NCBI GenBank assembly: GCA_963665125.2
Contig: CAXXUK010000002.1
Span: forward strand, 448,001 to 512,000
Length of the DNA stretch: 64,000 nt
Reading direction: 5' to 3'
From: an uncultured Desulfarculus sp.
GTDB taxonomy: Bacteria > Desulfobacterota > Desulfarculia > Desulfarculales > Desulfarculaceae
Below, piece by piece: positions 1 through 9,166 of this stretch (within the stretch, counting starts at the first letter, position 1; each line of letters begins with the position of its first letter). The notes below the pieces were generated by a model, which was given only the letters and a program-made list of their open reading frames with translations, made no database searches and was not told the DNA's origin. Made by a program: the position numbers and the translations under genes.

Positions 1-1
1 C

Positions 2-1252
2 AAGAAGATCAACCGCTTCACCCACATTCATCAGAGCACCGACGACCTGGTCAAAAAAACCAAGATGGGCCGCCTGCTGGGCTCGCTGACCGGCTGCTGC
101 TTCCAGCGTTGCGTGGGCATGGACGCCATGAACGCCCTGTCCATCGTGACTCACGACATCGATAAAAAGCACGGCACGGAATACGAAAAGCGCTTCCTGA
201 AATATCTGGAGTTTGTCCAGGAAAACGACTACACCTGCGACGGCGCCATGACCGACCCCAAGGGCGACCGCGCCCTGGCGCCCCACCAGCAGCCCGACCC
301 GGACATGTTCCTGCACATTGTCGAGGAAAAGGCCGACGGCATCGTGGTCCGCGGGGCCAAGGCCCACCAGACCGGCGCGGTGAACTCCCACGAGATCATC
401 ATCATGCCCACCATCTCCATGCGCGCCGAAGACGCCGACTATGCCGTGAGCTTCGCCCTGCCCGCCGACGCCGAGGGCATCACCTACATCATGGGCCGCC
501 AGTCCTGCGACACCCGCAAGCTCGAGAGCGGCACCATCGACCGGGGCAACAGCCTCTACGGCGGCCACGAGTCCCTGGTGGTGTTCGACAACGTGTTCGT
601 GCCCTGGGACCGCGTGTTCATGTACAAGGAATACGAATTTGCCGGACGTCTGGTGGAGAATTTCGCCTCCTACCACCGCCAAAGCTACGCCTGCAAGGCC
701 GGCGTTGGCGACGTGCTCATCGGCGCCACCCAGAACATCGCCGAGTACAACGGCGCGGCCAAGGCCAGCCACGTCAAAGACAAGATCATCGAGATGAACC
801 ATCTCAACGAGACCCTGTTCTGCGGATCGGTTGCCTGCGCCTGCGAGGGCCACAAGGAGCCCAGCGGCACCTATCTGGTCAATACGTTGTTGGCCAATGT
901 CTGCAAGCAGAACGTGACCCGCTTCCCCTATGAGATCGCCCGCCTGGCCCAGGATATCGCCGGCGGCCTGATGGTCACCCTGCCTTCGGAGGACGACTTC
1001 CGTTCGCCCGAGGTGGGCCATTGGCTGGAGAAGTACTACAAGGGCAACGAGTCCGTGCCCACCGAACACCGCATGCGCATGCTGCGGCTGATTGAAAACA
1101 TAACCATGGGCACCGCGGCCGTGGGCTATCTGACCGAATCCATGCACGGAGCCGGTTCGCCCCAGGCCCAGCGAATCATGATTTCGCGCCAGGTGAACAT
1201 GGACCAGAAGAAGAAGGTCGCCAAGCAACTTTGCGGCATCGAGGAAAAGTAG
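2..1252 (+). CDS. abfD: 4-hydroxybutyryl-CoA dehydratase/vinylacetyl-CoA isomerase (5'-truncated by window edge)
   Basis: Frame is open from base 2 (KINRFTHIHQSTDDLVKK...). Has CFQRCVGMDA Fe-S motif, MTDPKGDR, GAKAHQTG, HRQSY and ESMHGAGSPQAQ motifs typical of AbfD; next to a 4-HB CoA-transferase. Confidence 0.9.
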   Translation, partial: KKINRFTHIHQSTDDLVKKTKMGRLLGSLTGCCFQRCVGMDAMNALSIVTHDIDKKHGTEYEKRFLKYLEFVQENDYTCDGAMTDPKGDRALAPHQQPDPDMFLHIVEEKADGIVVRGAKAHQTGAVNSHEIIIMPTISMRAEDADYAVSFALPADAEGITYIMGRQSCDTRKLESGTIDRGNSLYGGHESLVVFDNVFVPWDRVFMYKEYEFAGRLVENFASYHRQSYACKAGVGDVLIGATQNIAEYNGAAKASHVKDKIIEMNHLNETLFCGSVACACEGHKEPSGTYLVNTLLANVCKQNVTRFPYEIARLAQDIAGGLMVTLPSEDDFRSPEVGHWLEKYYKGNESVPTEHRMRMLRLIENITMGTAAVGYLTESMHGAGSPQAQRIMISRQVNMDQKKKVAKQLCGIEEK

Positions 1253-1259
1253 GGCCTGG

Positions 1260-1532
1260 GTGGTTTTAGGCCTGAAATATTGTGGAGGCTGCTCCGCCCG
1301 CTTCGACCGGGTGGAGCTGGCCGAAACAATCAAGCAGCGCCTGGGCGCCACGGTGGAGTGGGTCTCTTACGACAATCCCGAAGCTGAGCATCTGTTGGTG
1401 ATCGCCGGTTGCGAAAGCGCTTGCGTGGATCTGGAGCCTTTCCAAGGCAAGAAAATACACATGATCTTCCGTGAGCAAGAGTTGGAATCAATCATCCAAG
1501 AACTTACACAAGCTGCCAAAGGAACCGACTGA
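1260..1532 (+). CDS. Small conserved Cys-motif protein (KYCGGC...GCxxAC), unknown function
   Basis: 90-aa ORF filling the gap between abfD and the CoA-transferase; its stop overlaps the next start (TGATG). Confidence 0.7.
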   Translation: MVLGLKYCGGCSARFDRVELAETIKQRLGATVEWVSYDNPEAEHLLVIAGCESACVDLEPFQGKKIHMIFREQELESIIQELTQAAKGTD

Positions 1533-2938
1533 TGGATTGGCAAAAAACCTACAACAGCAAGAAGATGAGCGCGGCTGACGCCGTGAGCCGAATCAGCTCG
1601 GGCGACAGGGTCGTGGTGGGCCACGCCTGTGGATCGCCGGAGACACTGTTGAAGGCCATGGTGGAAAACAAGCAGCAGTACCTGGGCGTGGAACTGGTGC
1701 ACATGGTCTCCATGGGCTCGTCCGAGTACTGTTTGCCCGAAAACAGCCCCCACTTCATCCATAATTCGCTGTTCGCCGGGGCCACCTCCCGCCAGGCCGT
1801 GAACAACGGCTGGGGCATCTTCACACCCTGTCACTTCAGCCAGATTCCGCGGCTGTTCACCCAGGGCATCCTGCCGGTGGACGTGACCCTGTGCATGGTT
1901 TCGCCGCCCGATGAGCACGGCTACTGCTCGTTCGGCATCTCGGTGGACTACACCAAGCCCGCCGCCGAATCCAGCCGTCTGGTCATCGCCGAAGTCACCC
2001 CGCACATGCCCCGGACCCTGGGCGACTCGTTCATCCATGTCAAGGACATCGACTGCATCGTCGAGACCGACGCCAGGCCGGTGACCCTGCCCAAGGCCAA
2101 GATCACCCCCATTGACGAGGCCATCGGCGGCTACTGCGCCGAACTGATTCGCGACGGCGACTGCCTCCAGTTGGGCATCGGCGCGGTGCCCGACTCCATC
2201 CTGGGTTTCCTGGGCGACAAAAAGGACCTGGGCATCCATACCGAGATGTTCAGCGACGGCGTCGTGGACCTGGTGGAGGCTGGCAACATCACCTGCGAGC
2301 GCAAGAACCTGCACAAGGGCAAAATGGTGGCCACGTTCTTCATGGGCACCGAAAAGCTCTACAACTTCGTGCACAACAACCCGCTGGTGGAGATGTTCAG
2401 CGTTGACTACACCAACGACCCGCGGGTGGTGGCTCAAAACGACAACCTGGTCTCGGTCAACTCGGCTTTGCAGGTTGACTTCACCGGCCAGGTGGTCTCC
2501 GACAGCATCGGCTACAAGCAATACAGCGGCACCGGCGGCCAGGTCGATTTCGTACGCGGGGCCTGCTGGTCCAATGGCGGGCGCTCCATCCTGGCCTTCC
2601 GCTCCACGGCGGCCAGAGGCAAGATCTCGCGCATCGCCGCCCATATCGACGAGGGCGCCTCGGTAACCACCCTGCGCGCCGACGTTCACTACATCGTCAC
2701 CGAACACGGCGTGGCCGACCTGCGCGGCAAGAGCGTGTCCGAGCGGGCCAAGGCCCTGATCGCCATAGCCCATCCGGACTTCCGCGGAGAGCTGCGCCGT
2801 GAATACGAAAACGTTTATCTCAAGGACAACCCCCTGCTCAGACCAATGCCCGAAAACAAGAGGGCGGCCTACTGGCCCCATGAGCATGACGGAGCTTATT
2901 TGAAACAACTCGCCGACGCCGTGGAGCCGGCGGCCTGA
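1532..2938 (+). CDS. 4-hydroxybutyrate CoA-transferase (acetyl-CoA hydrolase/transferase family)
   Basis: LQLGIG, GIHTEMFSDG (catalytic Glu) and SGTGGQVDFVRGA motifs; operon context with abfD. Confidence 0.88.
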   Translation: MDWQKTYNSKKMSAADAVSRISSGDRVVVGHACGSPETLLKAMVENKQQYLGVELVHMVSMGSSEYCLPENSPHFIHNSLFAGATSRQAVNNGWGIFTPCHFSQIPRLFTQGILPVDVTLCMVSPPDEHGYCSFGISVDYTKPAAESSRLVIAEVTPHMPRTLGDSFIHVKDIDCIVETDARPVTLPKAKITPIDEAIGGYCAELIRDGDCLQLGIGAVPDSILGFLGDKKDLGIHTEMFSDGVVDLVEAGNITCERKNLHKGKMVATFFMGTEKLYNFVHNNPLVEMFSVDYTNDPRVVAQNDNLVSVNSALQVDFTGQVVSDSIGYKQYSGTGGQVDFVRGACWSNGGRSILAFRSTAARGKISRIAAHIDEGASVTTLRADVHYIVTEHGVADLRGKSVSERAKALIAIAHPDFRGELRREYENVYLKDNPLLRPMPENKRAAYWPHEHDGAYLKQLADAVEPAA

Positions 2939-2998
2939 ACTGGTGCGTAGGCGAAAAGATAGTCAACAACCACAGTTATGACTAGGAGGGATATTGGG

Positions 2999-4444
2999 AT
3001 GAGCCTTAAACGTGAATACGGCGGTGTACAACCGGGCTTCCGCATGGGTCCGCTGACCCTACGGCTTCCTTTCGTGCACTACCGCTTTGAGTTTGCAGAC
3101 TACCTGCAGGGTCTGTTGATGTGCACGGTCTGCCTGGCCATCATTCCGGTATTGACCGGCAAGCTGGGCATGTCGTTCGAGGTGGCCCTGGCCATCGTTA
3201 TTCTCAACGGCACCTTGTATCTGGCCCACACGACCTTTGGCGACCCGGTGGTTCCGGGATGGGTCACACCGGCAATTCCGTTATTGATCGCCTATGTGGA
3301 GGGCTTCGCCCCCGGCGTGGAGCGGATGCAGGCGTTGATTTCTTTTGAGCTGATGTTCGGCCTGTTCTGCATCCTCATCGGTGCGACGGGTCTGGCCCGC
3401 AAAGTCATCAAGCTGATTCCCAATGCCGTGCAATCGGGCATTCTGCTGGGTGCGGGTTTCGCGGCCATCATGCTGGTGTTCAAGCCGGGCAAGGGGCTCA
3501 AGAGCTTCGACAACTTCCCCTGGACCGTCGTCATCTGCATGGGCCTGGCTTTCTACCTGCTTTTCAGCCACCATTTCAAAAAGATCCGCCACAAGAACAA
3601 GTTTCTGTACTACCTGTCCAACCTGGGCATGATGCCCGCCTTGGCCCTGGCCATCTTCGTGGGCCCGCTGACCGGCGAACTTGCCTGGCCCACCTATGAG
3701 GGCAGCATCTTCACCAGCCCCGACTTCGCGGGCCTGTTCAGCCAGTTCACCATGTTCGGGGCCATCCCGGTGCCGCCGCTGGAAATGTTCCTGACCGCCA
3801 TACCCATGGTCATCAGCGCCTACATCGTGGTCTTCGGCGACATCATTCAGACCCAGGCCCTCATCGAGGACGCCCAGAAATACCGTCCCGATGAAAAGAT
3901 CAACTATGACCCCAACCGTTCGCACCTGATCTTCGGCGCCCGTAACACCATCATGAGCATCGTCGGCCCGGACATCTCCATGTGCGGTCCGCTGTGGGCG
4001 GCCATGCAGGTGGTCATCTGCGAACGCTACAAGCACGGCCCCAAGGCCATGGACTCCATCTACGGCGGCGCTGCTTCCTTCCGCTTCGGCACCTGGACCG
4101 GCTACTTCCTGGCCCCCATCACGGCCTCGGTCAAGCCGATCCTGGGCGTGGGCCTGGCCTCGACCATGCTCATCCAGGGCTATGTCAGCGTGCGCGTGGG
4201 CATCCTCAAGGCAAGGTCGTTCAACGATCTGGGTATCGCCGGCATCTCCGGCGCCATTCTGGCCACCCGCGGCGCGGCCTGGGGCCTGGGCGCGGCGATC
4301 CTGCTGTGCCTGCTGGTCTACCTGGGCGGCAAGAAGGAAGACGCCTACATGGCCGAAGAACCGGTCTTCCCCGGCAACTCGCCCGAGAAGATCGCCCAGG
4401 AGGTGGCCGAGGCCCAGGCCAATGGAGTCAAGGCCGCCAGCTAG
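2999..4444 (+). CDS. Polytopic membrane transporter (DUF3360/NCS2-like), candidate substrate permease of the 4-HB operon
   Basis: Many hydrophobic segments; PGWVTPAIPL and GPLWAA motifs; AGGAGG RBS before ATG 2999. Confidence 0.65.
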   Translation: MSLKREYGGVQPGFRMGPLTLRLPFVHYRFEFADYLQGLLMCTVCLAIIPVLTGKLGMSFEVALAIVILNGTLYLAHTTFGDPVVPGWVTPAIPLLIAYVEGFAPGVERMQALISFELMFGLFCILIGATGLARKVIKLIPNAVQSGILLGAGFAAIMLVFKPGKGLKSFDNFPWTVVICMGLAFYLLFSHHFKKIRHKNKFLYYLSNLGMMPALALAIFVGPLTGELAWPTYEGSIFTSPDFAGLFSQFTMFGAIPVPPLEMFLTAIPMVISAYIVVFGDIIQTQALIEDAQKYRPDEKINYDPNRSHLIFGARNTIMSIVGPDISMCGPLWAAMQVVICERYKHGPKAMDSIYGGAASFRFGTWTGYFLAPITASVKPILGVGLASTMLIQGYVSVRVGILKARSFNDLGIAGISGAILATRGAAWGLGAAILLCLLVYLGGKKEDAYMAEEPVFPGNSPEKIAQEVAEAQANGVKAAS

Positions 4445-4538
4445 ATATTGATTGAGTGTACCCCTACACCCCTACTGCTACGGGTAAAAGCCTCCCCCGC
4501 AATTCGGCGGGGGAGGCCGGGCCCGGAGGAAAAAGCAA

Positions 4539-5252
4539 ATGGCATATGTTTTTGGATATCCGGAGCAAAAGCCGCTGAAGCAGGATCTGATCACCCTGGG
4601 CATCCTGTTGGCTGTCCCGGCGGTGGTCATCAGCATGATGTTCGACGCATCGGGAGACCTGGCAACCGAGTTGGCCACGGCCGGTTCGGTGGGCGGGGCT
4701 CTGATGCTGCTTCTGCTGTTCGCCTATGCCCGGATGAACCCGAAATCATTGCAGCGGGTGTTCAAACCCCAGGCCTACCGGCGCTCCCTGGCCAGGGACA
4801 AGGCAGTGGTGGACAACCTGGCCGCCCTGGATGACACTCATTTCGTGTTCAACGACATCATTTTCGAGCTGTTCGGCGTGGAGCACATGGTCGTCTCCGA
4901 GGGCGGCATCCGGATCATCGGCAAGGTCGCCAGCGAAGATGACCTGCGGGTGGACAACAACACCCTATTCGCCGGAGACAAACCCCTGGAGACGCTCACC
5001 GGAAACACCTGGCGGATTTGCCATCTGGTCAATATCGTGTTGAAAAAGTGGTTCGAGGTGGACTATATGCCCCAGCCGGTGTTGGTCACGCCCCGGAAAG
5101 ATCAAAGCAAGATCCGCGATTTCGACGGCATCGCCATCGTAAGTAGCGACGAGTTGCCCGGACTGTTCAACAACGGCGGCCAGGCCCTGAAGCCCGAAGC
5201 GGCCGCCGGTTTCGCCAAGTTTGTGAAGGAACGCTATGCACCGCACAAGTAA
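4539..5252 (+). CDS. Membrane-anchored protein with degenerate NERD-like domain
   Basis: Two N-terminal TM helices, then VFNDI...EHMVVSEGGIRII resembling NERD; GGAGGA RBS. Confidence 0.5.
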   Translation: MAYVFGYPEQKPLKQDLITLGILLAVPAVVISMMFDASGDLATELATAGSVGGALMLLLLFAYARMNPKSLQRVFKPQAYRRSLARDKAVVDNLAALDDTHFVFNDIIFELFGVEHMVVSEGGIRIIGKVASEDDLRVDNNTLFAGDKPLETLTGNTWRICHLVNIVLKKWFEVDYMPQPVLVTPRKDQSKIRDFDGIAIVSSDELPGLFNNGGQALKPEAAAGFAKFVKERYAPHK

Positions 5253-5604
5253 GGTCGCATTCGCCGAGATGCCCCTCGAGGCCAAGGCCGGCATGATTCT
5301 GCTGCCCCTGGCCTGGCTGAGTTTCCTGATTTGCCAGGCCCTGGTCAGCGGCGCCTTGTCCATGGTTCAACTGACCATGGCCGGGCTGTGCTGCATGCTG
5401 GTTTTCACCCAAAAAAGCTGGGCCCGCTGGCTCTGCGGGATCTACAACGCCGTATTGGCGGCCTCCATGTTCAGCCAGGGGCCGGCGGCCTTTGGCGGCG
5501 TGTTGCCCATGGCGGCCATTGTCAGCCTGTTTTCCCTGGCCACCCTGGCCCTGCTTTTGCCCGGCACGGCGGCGGCTTTTCGCCAGGCTGCCCAAAAACA
5601 ATAG
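5236..5604 (+). CDS. Small 4-TM hypothetical membrane protein
   Basis: Hydrophobic 122-aa ORF overlapping the end of the upstream gene. Confidence 0.55.
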   Translation: MHRTSKVAFAEMPLEAKAGMILLPLAWLSFLICQALVSGALSMVQLTMAGLCCMLVFTQKSWARWLCGIYNAVLAASMFSQGPAAFGGVLPMAAIVSLFSLATLALLLPGTAAAFRQAAQKQ

Positions 5605-5941
5605 GGTCGCGGGGCGGTCCGCGCCGCCTATTGGCTATATTTGGCGCTGACCGGGTTTTTTGTTAGGCTCGAGACGCCCCATTGTTGTCTAAAAAAAATG
5701 GCATGTCGTCAACTATATGAATATATAGTATTTTATGGTCTTTAACATGTTTCCGCTTATTACGGCCGGTTTCTCAAAATTATCACCTAAAAAGCAATTT
5801 ACGCTTTGCATGCCTCTTAAAAATCGACTAAATTATCACGTTGGGTTGAGGAGCCCCCGCCTCTGGTTTGGCGCTCAAGAGGCTTTGGGGGCTTGATTGT
5901 TAAGCACCACGCAGGGTTGCCCTGGCTCTGGATTTACTGCA

Positions 5942-6430
5942 ATGAACATGAAAAGACTGTCTTACCTTTGGATTTGCCTTCTGGTTATTTTATTCGCTAT
6001 AGCGGCCGCCTCATGTGGCGGCGGTGGCGGTGGTGGCGGCTCGACGCCAACCCCGACACCTACCGCGACAGCCACCGTGGACCCGACGTTCACCATGACC
6101 GACTTTGCCGGCACGTGGACTTACGCTGCGGGTGCCTTTACTGGCACCATGACTTTCAACAGCGCGGGTACGGCTGTAAACGTTACGGTTAATGAATGTG
6201 GTACGACCCACTACAACGTAATGAACTATGTGGACAACAGCGGCACATATGGCTACAACATGTTCATTAGGGTTTATGGCTTCTGTAATCAGCCGACATA
6301 CCTAATGAAATTCGCCTTGAACTCATCCGCGGACAAGCAGTCCGGCACGGGCATCGCCGACCTTCATTACAACGGCGACGGCAGCGCCTACACGCGCTAC
6401 AGCTGCACCATGGTCAAGGAATCCGACTAG
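5942..6430 (+). CDS. Lipoprotein with Gly/Pro-Thr linker and GxW beta-rich domain (paralog of the 30-34 kb lipoproteins)
   Basis: MKR + hydrophobic core + AASC lipobox, poly-Gly, TPTPTPTATAT stalk, then FAGTWTY..GTMTFNSAG. Confidence 0.75.
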   Translation: MNMKRLSYLWICLLVILFAIAAASCGGGGGGGGSTPTPTPTATATVDPTFTMTDFAGTWTYAAGAFTGTMTFNSAGTAVNVTVNECGTTHYNVMNYVDNSGTYGYNMFIRVYGFCNQPTYLMKFALNSSADKQSGTGIADLHYNGDGSAYTRYSCTMVKESD

Positions 6431-6452
6431 CACCTAAAGACGTATACTTTTG

Positions 6453-6490
6453 GCGGGCGCGGGTATCACATATCCGCGCCCGCTTTTTTT
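6453..6490 (+). terminator. Rho-independent terminator
   Basis: GCGGGCGCGG...CCGCGCCCGC stem followed by T7. Confidence 0.8.
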
Positions 6491-6572
6491 GCGGCCAAGG
6501 CCGGCCGGTCCTAAAGCCGAACGCGCGGCATCCGCCGCAATAATCAGTTGAAAACGAGAGAGAAGAATTTGC

Positions 6573-6607
6573 TTGACTAAACAGTTTAGGTGCTATACCG
6601 TTTAGCT
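6573..6607 (+). promoter_or_regulatory. Sigma70 promoter with overlapping MarR operator repeats
   Basis: TTGACT-N17-TACCGT; palindromic CTAAAC-A-GTTTAG and GTTTAG-GTG-CTATAC overlap it; predicted +1 coincides with ATG 6608. Confidence 0.6.
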
Positions 6608-7072
6608 ATGAATGATCTGCACCAACACATCGGACAGCTGAACGCCCATCTGACCAGGGTGGTCAACAAGTTCAAGGCCCTGGATAAAAAGGGCGCTGAT
6701 TTCGGCACTGGCGACATCCTGGGGCCCCAGGAGATCCACGCCATCGAGGCCATCGGTAAGGGCTGGTGCCGCACGGCAAACGATCTGGTGGAGCACTTTG
6801 CCGTCACCAAGGGAGCCGTGAGCCAGGTCCTGGCCAAGCTGGAAAAGCGGGAATACCTGACCCGCAGGCGCAACCCCGAATTCGGCAAGGAAAAGCTCAT
6901 GGAGCTGACCCCAAAGGGCCAAAGGGCCTTTGACGGCCACGAGGCCTTTCACCGGGAAATGGATTCGGACGTCACGGACCAACTGGCCAAAATGGGCGTC
7001 AAGGGCGTCGATGAAATGGACAAACTGTTGAGCTTGCTGGAACAACACATCGACAAATATCTGAATAGGTAA
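6608..7072 (+). CDS. MarR family transcriptional regulator
   Basis: EIHAIEAIG...VTKGAVSQVLAKLEKREYLTR...LTPKG winged-HTH pattern. Confidence 0.88.
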   Translation: MNDLHQHIGQLNAHLTRVVNKFKALDKKGADFGTGDILGPQEIHAIEAIGKGWCRTANDLVEHFAVTKGAVSQVLAKLEKREYLTRRRNPEFGKEKLMELTPKGQRAFDGHEAFHREMDSDVTDQLAKMGVKGVDEMDKLLSLLEQHIDKYLNR

Positions 7073-7099
7073 TTTGAAACCTGCGCCGGGAGGCGAATC

Positions 7100-8365
7100 A
7101 TGAAAAAAACGCTGATTATTTGTCTTGTTTTACTGGCCGTGGTTGCCGGCTGGATTTTGCTGAGCCCGGCGGACAATGGCGTGTTGCGGCTTTACGACGA
7201 CCAGGCCTATCACTATCAGGCCTTGCGGGCCCTGAACCATATCCCCTTTGGCGGAGCCGACGCCAATGAGGTGCTGGTGACCATTTCTCGGATACCCCAG
7301 GGCGACGACGAGGCTTGGTTCCAAGAGTGGGAGCGCACGGCCAAGCGCCTGGAGCAAAAGGCCCATGGTTATAAGGATTCCTTTTCCAAGGGCCGGGCCC
7401 TGTTGCGGGCCCATAATTACTTTCGCACCGCCGAATTTTTCATGGACCCCAAGGACCCCCGCAAGGTCCCGGCCTATGACAATTCCAGCCGGGCGTTCTA
7501 TCAAGGCCTGGACGCCCTGGGCGTGCCCTACGAGATCATCGAGATTCCCTACGGCGAATACAAGCTCAAAGCGGTCTACTACAGCGCCGGGCCAAAGGCC
7601 AAGGATAAATCGCTGGTCATGGCCTGCGGCGGCTATGACTCCACCCTGGAGGAGATGTATTTCACCATTGCCGCGGCCTGCCTGGAGCGGGGCTACGACT
7701 GCCTGACCTATGAGGGGCCGGGCCAGAGTTCGGTGATCCGCAAACAGGGCCTGCAATTCACCCCGGAGTGGGAAAAGCCCACCACCGCCGTGCTGGATGA
7801 ATTCCTCAAGCAGCACCCCACGGACCAGAAGATCGTCCTGGTGGGCATGAGCCTGGGCGGTTATCTGGCTCCCAGGGCGGCGGCTTATGAAAAGCGCATC
7901 AACGGGGTGGTGGCCTTTGATGTGTGCTACGATTTTCAGGAAGCGGCACTGATGCAGATACCGGCGGCGCTGCGCTGGCTGGCCGACACGGGCATGAGCG
8001 GAGTGGTGGATTTTCTGGTCAGCATAAAGGGTAAAATGACCCCCGGTGTGCGTTGGGGCGTCAACAACGCCAAATGGACCATGGGCGCCCGGAGCGCCTC
8101 GGACATGCTGAAAATTTTTGATCAATACAACCTGCGGGATGTTTCCAAGGACATCACCTGCGACGTGCTTATCGTGGCCGGCGATGAAGACCACTTCTTC
8201 CCGGTGGAGCAGGTGCAAAAGTTCAAGGACGCCCTGACCAACGCCCGCAGCGTGGAAACCCTGATCTACAACCGCCGGGACGGCGGCCACGAGCACTGCC
8301 AGATGGGGGCCATGCAGTCGTATCAGGAAGACCTGTTCGAGTGGATTTCCGCCACCATCAAGTAA
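7100..8365 (+). CDS. Exported/membrane-anchored alpha/beta hydrolase (FrsA/dihydroxypseudooxynicotine-hydrolase-like)
   Basis: N-terminal hydrophobic signal; GGYDS, GPGQ, GMSLGG nucleophile elbow, GDED, HCQ. Confidence 0.8.
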   Translation: MKKTLIICLVLLAVVAGWILLSPADNGVLRLYDDQAYHYQALRALNHIPFGGADANEVLVTISRIPQGDDEAWFQEWERTAKRLEQKAHGYKDSFSKGRALLRAHNYFRTAEFFMDPKDPRKVPAYDNSSRAFYQGLDALGVPYEIIEIPYGEYKLKAVYYSAGPKAKDKSLVMACGGYDSTLEEMYFTIAAACLERGYDCLTYEGPGQSSVIRKQGLQFTPEWEKPTTAVLDEFLKQHPTDQKIVLVGMSLGGYLAPRAAAYEKRINGVVAFDVCYDFQEAALMQIPAALRWLADTGMSGVVDFLVSIKGKMTPGVRWGVNNAKWTMGARSASDMLKIFDQYNLRDVSKDITCDVLIVAGDEDHFFPVEQVQKFKDALTNARSVETLIYNRRDGGHEHCQMGAMQSYQEDLFEWISATIK

Positions 8366-8378
8366 ATGGTTGAACAAT

Positions 8379-8418
8379 AAAAAGCGCCGGTGCCCATTTG
8401 CAAGGGTCCGGCGCTTTT
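8379..8418. terminator. Bidirectional terminator
   Basis: AAAAGCGCCGG...CCGGCGCTTTT between convergent genes. Confidence 0.7.
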
Positions 8419-8439
8419 CTGTAGCGGTTCGGGTTCGTT

Positions 8440-9069
8440 TCAGGAGTCGCTTGCGGCGAGTCCGAGGCCCGCTCCGATAAACGTGCCTCCGATGGCCCTT
8501 TGGGCATATTTGGTGAATTCCGCCCTTGAAAACAAGGCGGAAATCTTCTGGCCGCCAATGGCGTAGATCATGAAACAGATAAAGGCGATTATGCCGCAAA
8601 TGCCCAACAGATAGGCCGCCTGCCAGAATTGAATCGAACCGGTGTCTATGAACTGGGGGAATATGGCCGTGAAAAAAATAATGGCCTTGGGGTTGCCCGC
8701 AGTCACAACCGCCGACTGCATAAACAGCTTTTTATACTGTCCTTGGGTATCGCGGAGAGCCGCATCTCCGGCGGGCATGGCGAAATCCCGGGCCAAAAAA
8801 ATGCTTATTCCCATGTAGACCAGGTAAATCGCCCCGGACCACTTGATGAGCAGAAAAACCGTTTCCGACGCCAGTAAAACGGCGCCAAGACCGGCGATTG
8901 AAACGGACGCCTGGACCAGGGTCACGCTCACATTGCCCAATGCCGAGGCGGTCGTCCTCTTTGCGCCGTAGTTCATTCCATGGGTCAAGGCCAAAAGCAT
9001 GCTCGGACCCGGAATAATCGAGGCCAAAAATACGGTTGCCGAAAAAAGCAAAAGAAACTCAAGCGACAT
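8440..9069 (-). CDS. LysE/RhtB family translocator
   Basis: IIPGPSMLL, GAIYLVYMG and NPKAIIFF motifs. Confidence 0.9.
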   Translation of the reverse strand: MSLEFLLLFSATVFLASIIPGPSMLLALTHGMNYGAKRTTASALGNVSVTLVQASVSIAGLGAVLLASETVFLLIKWSGAIYLVYMGISIFLARDFAMPAGDAALRDTQGQYKKLFMQSAVVTAGNPKAIIFFTAIFPQFIDTGSIQFWQAAYLLGICGIIAFICFMIYAIGGQKISALFSRAEFTKYAQRAIGGTFIGAGLGLAASDS

Positions 9070-9166
9070 GTTGTTGCGCCTGTCCGTTGGGGGTTGCGCC
9101 GGTACCGGCCGGTTGTTATCGGGGTTAATTTATTGCCAACTTGGGCGTATTGTCAAATTCTTACCT

